Below are positions 41,707-51,831 of a DNA stretch of 64,000 bases, in pieces (positions within the stretch are counted from its first letter, which is position 1; the number at the start of each line of letters is the position of its first letter). The notes under the pieces are model-generated. The model made no database searches, was not told the DNA's origin, and was given only the letters and a program-made list of their open reading frames with translations. Both the position numbers and the translations under genes were made by a program. Source of the DNA: an uncultured Alphaproteobacteria bacterium (GTDB lineage Bacteria > Pseudomonadota > Alphaproteobacteria > Rhizobiales > Beijerinckiaceae); contig CAWEGU010000005.1 in assembly GCA_963808645.1 (NCBI GenBank), positions 93,442 to 157,441 of the forward strand, written 5' to 3'.

Positions 41707-42596
41707 GCCGCTCCCTCCACGTGGCCGAAGGTGCGGCCCAAAAGCACGTCGTTGAAATCAAACCCTCGCGGTGGGCGGGCGATGCGAACGCGCCGCCCTC
41801 CTCGTTTCCAGCGCCGCGCCGCGTCGTGCGCTGCCGTCTCGCCGGGCTCGTCGCCATCGGCAAGCACAACGACATCGCGAGCCTCCACCGGCAATTCGAG
41901 CGTGCGCAGCCCGGATGTCGAGAGTGCGGCCCATGCCGCTTGTCCGGTCGCCTGCATGGCCGAGAGCGCGTTTTCGATGCCCTCCGCGACCAACAGCCGA
42001 TCCGTGATCGGACCAAGCCGCACCGCGCCCCCACGACAAGGGCCAAGCATCATCTTCGCCGATTCGACCGGAGCCTTGCTGGTGCCGTCGCTGGACATAA
42101 AGGTGCGGTGGATCGCCAATGGCGCGCCGTCGCTGCCGCGCACCACCAGCGCGACCATCGCCGGCCAGATGCCACCCGAAGGATGTTTGAGCCCGGCATG
42201 GAAGCGGAGCGTCGTCGGCGGCGGAACATGCAGGCCGCGCGAGGCGAGATAGGTCTCGACCGGCGTGCCGTCTGCCGGCGTCGCAGACTGCCAGATGGCG
42301 AGCGCGGCCTCGGTGCGCTTGGCGTCGTCGTGATCCGATCGGTCGTTTGCAGCGACACGTGACGCGGCGCGCGTGAGCCGGCAGTGGCCGTTCTCCTCCC
42401 ACAGCCCGCGCGAGCGGAGGGCCGCGATTACCCGCCGTTGGTCGCAGCCCGCATGGCAGCGGACCAGCACCTTGCCGTCGTTCACATCGCGGATCGACAG
42501 GCTCGGGTCGCGATCGTCATGGGCCGGGCAGCGCGCTATCCAACCGCCGCCCGCCTTCCGCCCGCCGAGGGCCTTGGCAATGGTCTCAGCGGTCAT
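41703..42596 (-). CDS. Zn-finger + TOPRIM primase (P4 alpha-like N-region)
   Basis: [40 protein letters not shown]. Confidence 0.85.
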   Translation of the reverse strand: MTAETIAKALGGRKAGGGWIARCPAHDDRDPSLSIRDVNDGKVLVRCHAGCDQRRVIAALRSRGLWEENGHCRLTRAASRVAANDRSDHDDAKRTEAALAIWQSATPADGTPVETYLASRGLHVPPPTTLRFHAGLKHPSGGIWPAMVALVVRGSDGAPLAIHRTFMSSDGTSKAPVESAKMMLGPCRGGAVRLGPITDRLLVAEGIENALSAMQATGQAAWAALSTSGLRTLELPVEARDVVVLADGDEPGETAAHDAARRWKRGGRRVRIARPPRGFDFNDVLLGRTFGHVEGAA

Positions 42597-42831
42597 CGCG
42601 GGCCTCGCCGCGCGATTGTTGCTTGTTCGTTTGGCCGGCGGGCTTCACCTCGATTGCCGGGAGTTGTTCAATCCAAGCACGCAGGTCGCCCGCGAGCACA
42701 AGGGTGCGGCGACCGCGCTTGACGGCGCGCAGCTCGCCCAACTTGATCGCCTCGTAGAGAGCCGTCCGCCCGGTGCACGCGACGGCGCACGCCTCGGCGA
42801 CGGTGTAGGCCAGCGGTGTATTCATCTTCAT
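42586..42831 (-). CDS. Excisionase/HTH_17 DNA-binding protein
   Basis: [39 protein letters not shown]. Confidence 0.85.
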   Translation of the reverse strand: MKMNTPLAYTVAEACAVACTGRTALYEAIKLGELRAVKRGRRTLVLAGDLRAWIEQLPAIEVKPAGQTNKQQSRGEARDDR

Positions 42832-42927
42832 TTCGCCATTGTCGGGCCGGGATGGTCCCGGCGGCCATGTCCGCATATTCGCGAGCGATGGCGAAATGAG
42901 TAGGGTTCGCGAGGTGATTTTGCATTC

Positions 42928-42981
42928 CGCAAATACGGCAAATACCGCAATGCCGTACTTGCGTTATTTGCGTTATTTGCG
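42928..42981. promoter_or_regulatory. Symmetric 9-bp repeat operator upstream of the excisionase
   Basis: CGCAAATAC-GGCAAATAC-CGCAA...TTGCG-TTATTTGCG-TTATTTGCG. Confidence 0.55.
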
Positions 42982-43150
42982 CCGCCCGGCGGCTCTCAAA
43001 ATCGTATCGTCCGAAACGTTCGGCAACTTGGCTTCCTTGAGCTTCGCACTGACCTGCCGGCATAAACTCGCGTTGGGTTCAGAGGCTTGGTCAGGAACGC
43101 CGTCGGGATAAAGCTCCTTGATGACAATCGCGCTCGGGTCTCGGGGGAAA
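42973..43150 (-). pseudogene. C-terminal remnant of an element-borne hypothetical protein
   Basis: IKELYPDGVPDQ...VSDDTILRAAGRRK*, joined to the CoA-ligase remnant. Confidence 0.45.
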
Positions 43151-44129
43151 GTTCCGCGACCGCGCCGCCGAGATCGACCAGGCGATCGACCGCAAGCACG
43201 CCGATGCCACCGCCATTGGTCAATATGGCGAGCCGTCTGCCGGAATACGGCTGTAGCCGGCCGAGCGTCTCGGCCGCGTCGAACAGCTCCTCGAGGTCGC
43301 GGACGCGGAGCAGGCCGGCACGACGGAAGGCCGCATCGTAGACTGCATCCGAGCCGGCAAGCGCTCCGGTATGGGTGGCGGCCGCCTTGGCCGCTTGGGC
43401 ATGGCGGCCCGATTTGATCACGACAACGGGCCTGGTGCGCGCGGCTCCGCGGGCCGCCGACATGAATTTTCGCGCGTCTTTTATGGACTCGACGTAGAGG
43501 AGGATCGCGCGCGTAGCTCGGTCCATTGCGAACAAATCGAGCAGATCGCCGAAATCGACGTCGACTTGATCGCCGATCGACACCAGTGCTGAGAACCCGA
43601 TTGAATGCTGCGTCCCCCATTCGGCCAATCCGGCGACGATGGCGCCAGATTGGGAGATCAGGGCGAGGTCGCCAGCGGGCGGCATGTGGGCCGCGAAGCT
43701 GGCGTTGAACCTGGCGGAGGGGACCGTCACGCCGAGGCAGTTGGGGCCGACAAGCCTCAGGCCGTGCGTCCGCGCGGCTTGCTTCGCGGCGTCGGCGAAC
43801 GAGTTGGTGCCGTGACTCAGCCCCGCGGTGATAATGATCGCTGCCGCTGCACCCTTCGCACCCGCCGCCGCGACGATCTCGGGTACCGCCGCCGGGGGCG
43901 CTGCGATCACGACAATGTCGGGCACCTCGGCAATCGCCTCGACGGAATTGACCATCGGCAAGCCGTCGATGTATTCGTAATTTGGATTGACGATATGAAG
44001 TGAACCACCGAAGCCGCCGGCGCGCAGATTACGGGCGATCGAGCGGCCCAGTGACCGCTCACGCGGACTCGCGCCGACAATCGCGATTGAGCGGGGGCAG
44101 AACAATTTTTCAAGTCGATAGGTTGACAT
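43140..44129 (-). pseudogene. Acetate-CoA ligase (ADP-forming)/Pat-type CoA-binding protein, 3'-truncated
   Basis: PRSIAIVGAS, RLVGPNCLG, LISQSGAI, HTGALAGSD, LTNGGG; ends at ELSPETRA. Confidence 0.85.
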
Positions 44130-44229
44130 TTGGCACTGAAATTCACGTTAGTATTTCCCGCTTGCATCAGATAGGCTCAGAGCTGGGGCAAATGGAAAGC
44201 TGACTGCTCTCGACTGAAACGCGGTCTCT

Positions 44230-44350
44230 TCCAAACCACACGATCCGCAGCACCACAGCACGCGCAGGTTGGCGGGGACCGCGAAGGCGAACCAGAATGG
44301 CAGCACGGCGAGGAGATCGATGATGCCGGTGATGTACCCCACCGCGCGGT
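44230..44350 (-). pseudogene. Ion-channel (S3-S4) fragment
   Basis: GIIDLLAVLPFWFAF...NLRVL. Confidence 0.5.
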
Positions 44351-44666
44351 GCGCGAGCGCAAGTGCTGCTGCCCTGGAAATTCGCCCTCGACCCAGATCC
44401 TGGCCAGACACTCGAGGGTGACAGCTACGAGCGAGGCAGCCTCGATGATGATGGCAAATTGCGCGCGACAACCAGGGAGGTATCATAGCGCCCAATACGC
44501 TAGCGGACACTTTTGCGTGAAGAGGCCGTCCGCGCCTCCCTGTACGGAGAATCGAATTAATCGAGCGCAGCCATGCTGCAATCGAATGCGATCGAATGAA
44601 GTTCGTGCCCTTCATGTGGTGAAATGTTGCCCTGTTCAGGGCGCGCTGAATAACCGTCAACATGGC

Positions 44667-45635
44667 CTAACCTTGGGATCGGGTCACGTCGCCGGGGCAC
44701 GTGAATTGGCGAAGTTCCTTAGTCATTTTGCAGCAGATTTTGAGGATTTCTCGTCGTAGCCACTGATGGGCTGGCTCTTTTTCCTCTCGAGGATGCCATA
44801 TCATAATCAGATTATATGTCGGTAAGTCGATTGGAATCTGTAGTATTTTGAGCGGGGCGAGACGGACAAATTGTTCTGCAATCCTCAATGGGAGCGAAAG
44901 CAGCAGGTCGGTGTTCGCAACGATCCATGGTGCGGGCAGAAAATTCGGAATGACGAGAGATATCTTTCTGGCCAACCCTCGCGCCGACAGATAGTCGTCA
45001 ATCAAACCCGTTCCGGTTCCAGTGGGGGATATCAGCATGTGTCTGCTTGCAATAAATTGTTCAAACGAAACTTCATTTCCGATAATACGCGGATGTTCTT
45101 TTCTTGTAATGCAAACAATTTTGTCGTTGAAGAGTTTTTCGTGGCGAATATACAATGGAAGATTGAAGATCGCATCAAAGCCAATAACAACATCGATCTC
45201 ATCTTCTTCGAATGCTGTTTCTGGTAACTTTTTAATTGGTCGCTTAACGTGAATTTCAATATTTGACCCATCCTTATTAATTGACTCGACCAGTTTCGGC
45301 AAAAGAGTGAACTCGACATAGTCGCTGGTCGCAATCACAAATCGTCTTTGACTAGTCGTGGGCGAAAACTCTTCCGGACTCCGAATTATCTGTTCGACTT
45401 CATTCAAGACTGTTTTGATCGGTTCCAATAGTGCCTGAGCCCGGAGGGTTGGTTTCATTCCGGCGGCGGTTTTTACCAAGACGGGATCATCGAGCTGGCT
45501 ACGGAGTCTTTGCAAAATGTGGCTCATAGCCGATTGGCTGATGAACAACTTTTCCGCAGCTCGTGATACGCTCCGCTCTTCCATGAGTAACTTGAATGCG
45601 TGGAGCAGATTCAGGTCGAAATTCCTTTTCGTCAT
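44667..45635 (-). CDS. LysR-family transcriptional regulator
   Basis: FDLNLLHAFKLLMEERSVSRAAEKLFISQSAMSHILQRLR. Confidence 0.92.
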   Translation of the reverse strand: MTKRNFDLNLLHAFKLLMEERSVSRAAEKLFISQSAMSHILQRLRSQLDDPVLVKTAAGMKPTLRAQALLEPIKTVLNEVEQIIRSPEEFSPTTSQRRFVIATSDYVEFTLLPKLVESINKDGSNIEIHVKRPIKKLPETAFEEDEIDVVIGFDAIFNLPLYIRHEKLFNDKIVCITRKEHPRIIGNEVSFEQFIASRHMLISPTGTGTGLIDDYLSARGLARKISLVIPNFLPAPWIVANTDLLLSLPLRIAEQFVRLAPLKILQIPIDLPTYNLIMIWHPREEKEPAHQWLRREILKICCKMTKELRQFTCPGDVTRSQG

Positions 45636-45814
45636 TTGTCATACCGATGCTTGTTCCTGGGTGAACCATCCACAGTACGGCATGAAGGGACTCCTGGCCT
45701 GGATTTGCGACGCTGATGAATTTTTTGAACGCTTTCATGAAAACTATGCAGTTTACTGACCAACGGTTACATTTTACAAATTCGAATTACGGCGGGGGCT
45801 GTGCTGCCGGAAGA

Positions 45815-45840
45815 GCAGGACTTGGCTCGAAGCAGCCAAG
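45815..45840 (+). promoter_or_regulatory. Leader hairpin 1
   Basis: AGGA-CTTGGCT-CGAAGC-AGCCAAG directly before GAGGAGG and the ATG at 45853. Confidence 0.55.
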
Positions 45841-45852
45841 GAGGAGGAGCTA

Positions 45853-45939
45853 ATGTCCGCACTTACCCCGGAACTGATAGGGTTTGCAATCATCTCAGTT
45901 CTGCTAATTGGCATGGCCGTGTTTCTTAGCAGATCATAG
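45853..45939 (+). CDS. 28-aa single-TM small protein
   Basis: MSALTPELIGFAIISVLLIGMAVFLSRS*, strong RBS GGAGGAGG; too short for the ORF track. Confidence 0.6.
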   Translation: MSALTPELIGFAIISVLLIGMAVFLSRS

Positions 45940-46005
45940 TGCGGGGATATGAAATAAATGCTCGCGATTTTCCTGCCGCCTATGCCGTCAATCCGATCCC
46001 CGAAG

Positions 46006-46028
46006 AGGACTTGGCTCGAAGGAGCCAA
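46006..46028 (+). promoter_or_regulatory. Leader hairpin 2
   Basis: AGGAC-TTGGCTC-GAAG-GAGCCAA before GGAGG and the ATG at 46044. Confidence 0.55.
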
Positions 46029-46043
46029 ACAGTGGAGGAACAA

Positions 46044-46703
46044 ATGTCCGCAAACCTAGCCCTGGACCGCCCGCCCATCGACCCTTATCCGCTTAGCCCT
46101 TATGTCACCTGGGCGGGCGATCGAAACCGCGATCCGATTCTCAAAGTTTTTAAAGAGATATTCCCAAAAAGCGGGAATGTTCTCGAACTCGCAAGTGGCT
46201 CTGGCAACCATATCAACTATTTTGCGCCCCACTTTCCGCAATTGCGGTTCCAGCCTTCCGACTATAACCTCGATGTGTTCGAGACGATCAAGCAGAAACG
46301 AACTGAGCATGGCAACGCCAATGTTGCCGATCCGATAAAGATCGATCTGACCGCACCCGAGACTTGGCCCGACCCGAAGGATCGGCTCTATGACGCGATA
46401 TTCGTCGTCAATTTGTTCCAGGTCGCGCCGGTCAATATCGCCGATGGCATCGCGCAAGTGGCGGCCCGCGTTCTGACCAAAGACGGCATAGTTGCGATCT
46501 ATGGACCGTTCAAGGTCGAGGGGAAATACACGACACAGTCCAATGAAGCCTTCGATAAGGAAATTCGCGCCGCCCAGGTTCCTGAATGGGGCCTCAAAGA
46601 CGTGAGAGACCTCGAAAAAGCTGCAAACAAGCATGGCGTCGCTTTGAAGAAAATCATAGATATGCCCGTCAACAACTTCATTCTCGTCTTCGGTCACGCA
46701 TGA
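46044..46703 (+). CDS. DUF938 family (class I SAM-methyltransferase-like) protein
   Basis: RNRDPIL, VLELASGSGNH, FQPSD, IYGPFKVEG, SNEAFD, WGLKD, MPVNN. Confidence 0.88.
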   Translation: MSANLALDRPPIDPYPLSPYVTWAGDRNRDPILKVFKEIFPKSGNVLELASGSGNHINYFAPHFPQLRFQPSDYNLDVFETIKQKRTEHGNANVADPIKIDLTAPETWPDPKDRLYDAIFVVNLFQVAPVNIADGIAQVAARVLTKDGIVAIYGPFKVEGKYTTQSNEAFDKEIRAAQVPEWGLKDVRDLEKAANKHGVALKKIIDMPVNNFILVFGHA

Positions 46704-46740
46704 ACGCAGCGCGAAAGGAACCCACTGGCTGCCGTCCCGC

Positions 46741-47505
46741 ATGCGATCAGCTTGGGCCGGGGCGAAGGCGAGCTGTTTGAGCCAAGGCACAGCACTCGTT
46801 GTAGGCGTCGGGGCGGAAACTGGACTCGGCGCAGGGGTGGCCCGGCGTTTCGCGCGGGAAGACTTGCGCATTGTCATCGCCGGCCGCACCGAGCAGCGGC
46901 TACATGCGGCTGCCGCCAGCATTCGTTCTACCGGCGGCAGCGTCGTGGTCAAGGTAGCGGATGCTTCTCGCGAGGCGGATGTCATTGCGCTATTCGATGA
47001 AGCCGCCGGAGAGAACGATCTCGAACTCGTCGTTTATAATGTTGGCAACAACTTCGCTGCGCCCGCTCTCGAAACGAGGGCAAAACTTTTCGAAGATTTG
47101 TGGCGGCAGAACGCCCTGGGAGGATTTCTGGTGGGCCTCGAAGCCGTCCGCCGACTTATGCCTCGCCAAAGAGGAACCATACTCTTCACCGGTGCGACCG
47201 CCTCGCTTCGCGCGCGTCCGCCATTCCTTGCCTTCGCCTCCGCCAAAGCGGCGCTACGCGCCGTGGCGCAGGGGTTGGCGCGTGAATTTGGACCGCAGGG
47301 CGTCCATGTCGCGCATATTGTCATAGACGGCGTCATCCAGGGCGAATACGCGGCCACCAACTTCTCCGACTATGTTCGCTCGAAAGGCGAGGAGGGCCTG
47401 CTCGCCGTCGACGCCATCGCCGATGCCTATTGGGCGCTGCATCGTCAATCCACAAGTGCCTGGACTCACGAGCTCGACCTGCGGCCATTTAAAGAACCGT
47501 TTTGA
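46741..47505 (+). CDS. Short-chain dehydrogenase/reductase (start uncertain)
   Basis: VVGVGAETGLG, VVYNVG, TILFTGATASLR, AFASAK, HVAHIVIDG. Confidence 0.85.
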   Translation: MRSAWAGAKASCLSQGTALVVGVGAETGLGAGVARRFAREDLRIVIAGRTEQRLHAAAASIRSTGGSVVVKVADASREADVIALFDEAAGENDLELVVYNVGNNFAAPALETRAKLFEDLWRQNALGGFLVGLEAVRRLMPRQRGTILFTGATASLRARPPFLAFASAKAALRAVAQGLAREFGPQGVHVAHIVIDGVIQGEYAATNFSDYVRSKGEEGLLAVDAIADAYWALHRQSTSAWTHELDLRPFKEPF

Positions 47506-47658
47506 CATTGAGTCGCCTGAAACGCGGGCACGCCGGAACAGTGATGAGGGGCTTTCGTTCATTGATCCAAGGTGGACAGCGGTCTCTTCTGAGATCGATG
47601 AGGGTGCCCATCTGTCGTATTAAACGCAGCTTGGACCCTCGGCCAAAGGAGATCTCCG

Positions 47659-48054
47659 ATGACATTGCCACACGTGCTAAAGCGCATTAGGCTCAATCTC
47701 GCCCGATCGAAGGAGTTTCCAGAGGGTTCCGCCCGCCGCGGCTACGAGTTCGTGGCTCCGCTCGACGCCGCTGGCCACATCGATTCGTCCCTGTGGCAGG
47801 AGTACCGCGAGCATTGCCGCGTCCACCGATTTTGGGACGGCGAACAGGACGAGAATGGCCGCCTTGTTCACAAGCCCGGTGGATCGGAGCATGCACGTTG
47901 GGTGTTTCACTACGAAGCTACCGGAGACAACGACGAAGCGGGCTATAGGTTCGGCGCACATGCGTTCAAGCTCGCCGAATATGTCTCGATCCGGGACCAT
48001 CATGATGAGATACACACCTTCAAGGTCGCCTCGGTGGAGCCTGCAACGAACTAG
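47659..48054 (+). CDS. Hypothetical protein
   Basis: 131-aa ORF with an AGGAG RBS. Confidence 0.65.
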   Translation: MTLPHVLKRIRLNLARSKEFPEGSARRGYEFVAPLDAAGHIDSSLWQEYREHCRVHRFWDGEQDENGRLVHKPGGSEHARWVFHYEATGDNDEAGYRFGAHAFKLAEYVSIRDHHDEIHTFKVASVEPATN

Positions 48055-48097
48055 TACCCATAATGTGACGGGCGGGCGCCGCACTGGGGAGAAAGCG

Positions 48098-48569
48098 ATG
48101 CAAGACAACCGACCGGACAGACCCGATGTGATCACCCTGCCACCTTTGATCTTGGCCGCGACGATCGCGCTGGGAGTGGTGTTGAATTTTTTCTGGCCCG
48201 CGAGCTTATTGCCGAGCGCGCTTGCTGCGCCGCTCGGTATTCTGATCACCCTCGGCGCCATTGCCCTCGGAATTTCGGCGATCCGGGAGATGTTTGCGGC
48301 GAATACGCCCTTAGATGTCCGCAAACCCTCGACCGAGATTGTAAACCTCGGGGGTCTTTCGAAAGAGTCGAAATCCCATTTATCTCGCCATGCTTCTACT
48401 TTGCGCCGGCGTTGCTTTTCGCGCAAATTCGTTATGGATTTTGGTTTTCGTCCTGCCACTTGCAATTATTCTGCAAAAAGGCGTGATCGAACCGGAAGAA
48501 TCCTATCTCGAAAAGAAATTTGGCGACAAATATTTGCACTACAAAGCCAAGGTCCGGCGCTGGATCTAG
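48098..48569 (+). pseudogene. Isoprenylcysteine carboxyl methyltransferase family, single frameshift
   Basis: PPLI N-terminus; after an extra A near 48345: SGVFRKSRNPIYL...EESYLEKKFGDKYLHYKAKVRRWI*. Confidence 0.8.
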
Positions 48570-48669
48570 CCCCATAGCGACAAGCCGACCGTTTCGTTCC
48601 TAGCCCCCATCGAACCCTTTCACCACAAGCAGGATTTTGATGTCACCGCGTCGGATGATCAGGCGGTAG

Positions 48670-48766
48670 CAGCCTATCGGCTATTGGGAATTTCTTGCTG
48701 TGGCGACCGGACTTGTCGGCGTAACCACGGGATGACTGCATTTTCACGATCCCAGCTCGATTTCGG
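48670..48766 (+). pseudogene. Third, inverted fragment of the 39340-39924 membrane gene
   Basis: IGYWEFLAVATGLVGVTTG*LHFHDP vs IGFWEFLAVATGLVCVTTGWLHIHDP. Confidence 0.85.
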
Positions 48767-48937
48767 ACCGACCTCCCCATCCTCAAAGGTAATGTCCCGT
48801 CATGCGCGCCCGGGGGCATCCTCGGTCACGAACGGGTCGACGCGGCACTAGCAAAAGGCCAGCGCCGATTACCGAAAAAGGTTGATTCCGAATTTATTCA
48901 AAATGTTTCATATATTTCTCTGGGGTTTGGCACCAGG

Positions 48938-49301
48938 TCAGGCGCCGCTTGCGGCCGCCTGGCGTTTAAACTGGTCGTAAGCTTCGATAGCTTGTGAGGC
49001 ATACATGACCGAGGGTCCGGCACCCATATAGATCGCCATTCCCATCGCTTCCATGACCTCGTCGCGGGAAGCTCCTTGCCTTACGGCGGCCTGCGCGTGA
49101 AACGCGATGCAGGGATCGCATCTGACGGCGACCGAAATGGCAAGCGCGATCAATTCCTTGGTCTTGCTGTCGAGCGCTTCCGGTCCCGAGGCCGCCATTG
49201 CCATGGCTGAGAACTCTTTGCATCACGTCTGGCGCCCCGGTGCGTAATATCTTCACTTCGGCCGACAGCTCCGTGACCATATCAAGCCAATTCTTAGCCA
49301 T
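48938..49301 (-). pseudogene. Carboxymuconolactone decarboxylase/AhpD-like protein, frameshifted
   Basis: ALDSKTKELIALAISVAVRCDPCIAFHAQAA; N-terminus in another frame. Confidence 0.85.
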
Positions 49302-49439
49302 TATCTCCCTCTCGTTGCCGCCAATGCTCGATGCGACTGGCAGTCTGATAGATTGCTTCGGAGCCGATCCGATGTCCTAGCACATGGCTATTCACGATAA
49401 GAGAGACCTGCAGTTTAGCCCATATATCGCGCATGATCG

Positions 49440-49985
49440 TCACATCAGACCCATGGAACCAATTCGCAACCCGTCCGCGATTTTCTTCTGTTCGTCGCTG
49501 AACGAAGCGTAAAGCGGGTCGAGCGCAGCCTTAATCGCCTGCAGACTCGCGAGATGTCCAGCGGCCATTTTCGCATGGCGTTCGAGCTTCTCGGGAAGGC
49601 TCGCTGTGCCGCCAGACTGCATCATCTGTTTGTGCATGCCTTCCATCAACTCTTCCATCGACTTGGCCGCCGCGAGGAGCGCATCGGCGAATTTATTCCA
49701 TGCCGGCATTTGCGCCTCGGTGATTTTGAGATCGGCCTTGAGCGTGGCGACACGTTCTCCGGCACGGGAAAGTCTCTCGCGCATCATCGACATCATATGC
49801 GACATATGCTCTGGACTGCCGCCCATCATGTCGCAGCCCTTCATCATGTCCTCGCCCTTCATTTCGCCTCCCATCATGGGGGTAGTCTGGGCGGACGCCG
49901 CGAACGCCGCGAATGCGATTGTGGCCGCGATGGAAAGAGCGGACAAAGGACGTGGGACTTGAACTTTCATGACCAAGCTCCCCAT
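49440..49985 (-). CDS. Spy/CpxP-like (LTXXQ) periplasmic protein with Met-rich N-terminus
   Basis: Signal peptide, LKITEAQMPAW, FSDEQKKIAD; MMGGEMKGEDMMKGCDMMGG. Confidence 0.75.
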   Translation of the reverse strand: MGSLVMKVQVPRPLSALSIAATIAFAAFAASAQTTPMMGGEMKGEDMMKGCDMMGGSPEHMSHMMSMMRERLSRAGERVATLKADLKITEAQMPAWNKFADALLAAAKSMEELMEGMHKQMMQSGGTASLPEKLERHAKMAAGHLASLQAIKAALDPLYASFSDEQKKIADGLRIGSMGLM

Positions 49986-50545
49986 TCATATCTCCCTTGG
50001 CGTTTCAGGTTCGTCACGCTAGAATTAAGACCTAATAAACCGACATTCCCCAGATAGCCGTAGGTTTCATCCCCATCCTGCTTCCTTTCCGCTCTCCTGA
50101 CAAGGCGGAACGGTGCGCTTGGAAGCGGACCCGTCGGGATTCAAGCCGCCGACCCGTGCCTCTGCTGCAAAGACACGCCCGCCGTGACAAAAGGAGGAGA
50201 GCCGACAAGGCAAGGCAAGGTCAAAACCCAGGCCAAGTGCGAGACTGCGCAAGGTTAACACCCGCGCTCCGGAATCATTGGCGGCCATCGGCCCGCGACG
50301 CCCAAAGAAAAACACTTGGATCGTGTAGAGACCGGGCGGCCAAAGCTATCCGCCGCCGCGATCCATCTCGTTGACGCCGGGTAGCGATCCGTTGCTGTCG
50401 GAATGCGCCGAGGCGTCGCGCGTTGCCAGAAGGGGGCGACTGGGAAGCCCTGCGCTGCCATTTGTGGCCATCAGGTGTTCTTGGTGCGGTCTGCGGAGAT
50501 TCGAGACCGCACCGATCGTGATGGTTCGTGAATACTGCCTTTGAT

Positions 50546-50950
50546 CTACTTGACCTGTTCCAGATGCGTTAGCGCGGCTTCGGCGTGAGTCGTAGCCGCG
50601 TCGGCATGGCCCTTCTTGCCCTCATCGATTGCTTGTTCGAGATGTTTGATCGCTTCTTTGCAGTGAGGATTAGCCTTCGCCTTCTCACCGGCCTGCGCGT
50701 GGGTCAGCGCGGCCTCAGCGTGAGTGGTGAGGACATCGGCATGTCCCATCTTGCCATGGTCAATGGCTTGCTTGGTGTGCGTTATGGCTTCCGCGATATG
50801 ATCTTCCGCAGCCAGCGGAACTTGCGGTATCAGAAACAGCGCGAGGCCGACACCCAACATGGTGATGATGAAAGGCTGGCTGAACCTCTGAGCGTTTTTA
50901 CCGACGATGATGCGCGCCGCGCGGTCGATGCTGCCGACATTTTTAATCAT
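50546..50950 (-). CDS. Small metal-binding protein SmbP-like, with a chimeric DUF2892-like N-terminus
   Basis: His repeats EAITHTKQAIDHG...HAEAALTHA and EAIKHLEQAI...HAEAALTHL; starts MIKNVGSIDRAARIIVG. Confidence 0.75.
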   Translation of the reverse strand: MIKNVGSIDRAARIIVGKNAQRFSQPFIITMLGVGLALFLIPQVPLAAEDHIAEAITHTKQAIDHGKMGHADVLTTHAEAALTHAQAGEKAKANPHCKEAIKHLEQAIDEGKKGHADAATTHAEAALTHLEQVK

Positions 50951-51831
50951 GGGCCTCTACTTTGATGGATGCCTAGAGAAGATTCACCGGAATCTTTGAG
51001 GTAAGTGACGCCATTGTCTTCCGCGGGTGGAAGATGCCCAGCCCGCATGTTCACCTGCACCGACGGCAGGATGAGTTTCGGCAAGGGCAGAGTGGCGTCG
51101 CGCTGCCTGCGCATGGCGACGAAATCCTCTTCGCTCACGCCGTCATGGACGTGAACGTTTCTCGTCCGCTCGGCGCCGACCGTTGTTTCCCACACGAACG
51201 CGTCCCGCCCCGGCGCCTTGTAGTCGTGACATAAGAAAAGCTTGCTCTCGTCAGGCATAAACAGCAGACGACGGATCGATCGGTAGAGTTGCCGCGCGTC
51301 TCCGCCGGGAAAGTCGGCGCGGGCAGTGCCATAGTCGGGCATGAACAGCGTATCGCCGGTAAAGACGAAGTCGCCGATAACATAGGCCATGTCCGCCGGC
51401 GTGTGGCCAGGAACATGCAGCGCGATCGCCGGGATGTCGCCAATCGAAAATCGGTCGCCATCGTCCAAGAGCCGGTCAAATTCCGAGCCGTCGCGCGCGA
51501 ACTCGGTTCCGACGTTGAAGATCTTTCCGAAAACGTTCTGGACCGTGATGATCTCGCGGCCAATAGCGAGCTTCCCGCCCAGTTTTTGCTGGATGTATGG
51601 CGCGGCCGATAGGTGATCGGCGTGCGCGTGCGTTTCGAGAAGCCAATCGATCGTCAGCCGATTGCGTTCCGCATAGGCGATTATGGCGTCGGCGGAGGTT
51701 GTCGACGTCCGGCCCGCGACTGCGTCGAAGTCTAGGACGCTGTCGATCGCGGCACCGCGCTTGGTAACCGGATCATGGATGACATAGCTCACCGTATTAG
51801 TCGGCTCGTCGAAAAAGCTCTCGACGACCAT
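50947..51831 (-). CDS. MBL-fold persulfide dioxygenase (Blh-like)
   Basis: FFDEPTNTVSY, IDSVLDFD, ETHAHADH, GHTPAD, GDTLFMPDYGTARADFPGG, PSVQVNMRAG. Confidence 0.88.
   Translation of the reverse strand: MVVESFFDEPTNTVSYVIHDPVTKRGAAIDSVLDFDAVAGRTSTTSADAIIAYAERNRLTIDWLLETHAHADHLSAAPYIQQKLGGKLAIGREIITVQNVFGKIFNVGTEFARDGSEFDRLLDDGDRFSIGDIPAIALHVPGHTPADMAYVIGDFVFTGDTLFMPDYGTARADFPGGDARQLYRSIRRLLFMPDESKLFLCHDYKAPGRDAFVWETTVGAERTRNVHVHDGVSEEDFVAMRRQRDATLPLPKLILPSVQVNMRAGHLPPAEDNGVTYLKDSGESSLGIHQSRGP

Noticed and set aside
42996-44129. Intact 377-aa CoA ligase
   Set aside because: The last ~50 aa come from the spliced phage-type remnant; the ATP-grasp/GNAT part is missing.
50483-50513. 10-bp hairpin GGTGCGGTCT/AGACCGCACC as a terminator or IS110 non-coding end
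   Set aside because: No U-tract on either strand and no IS110 transposase motif nearby.
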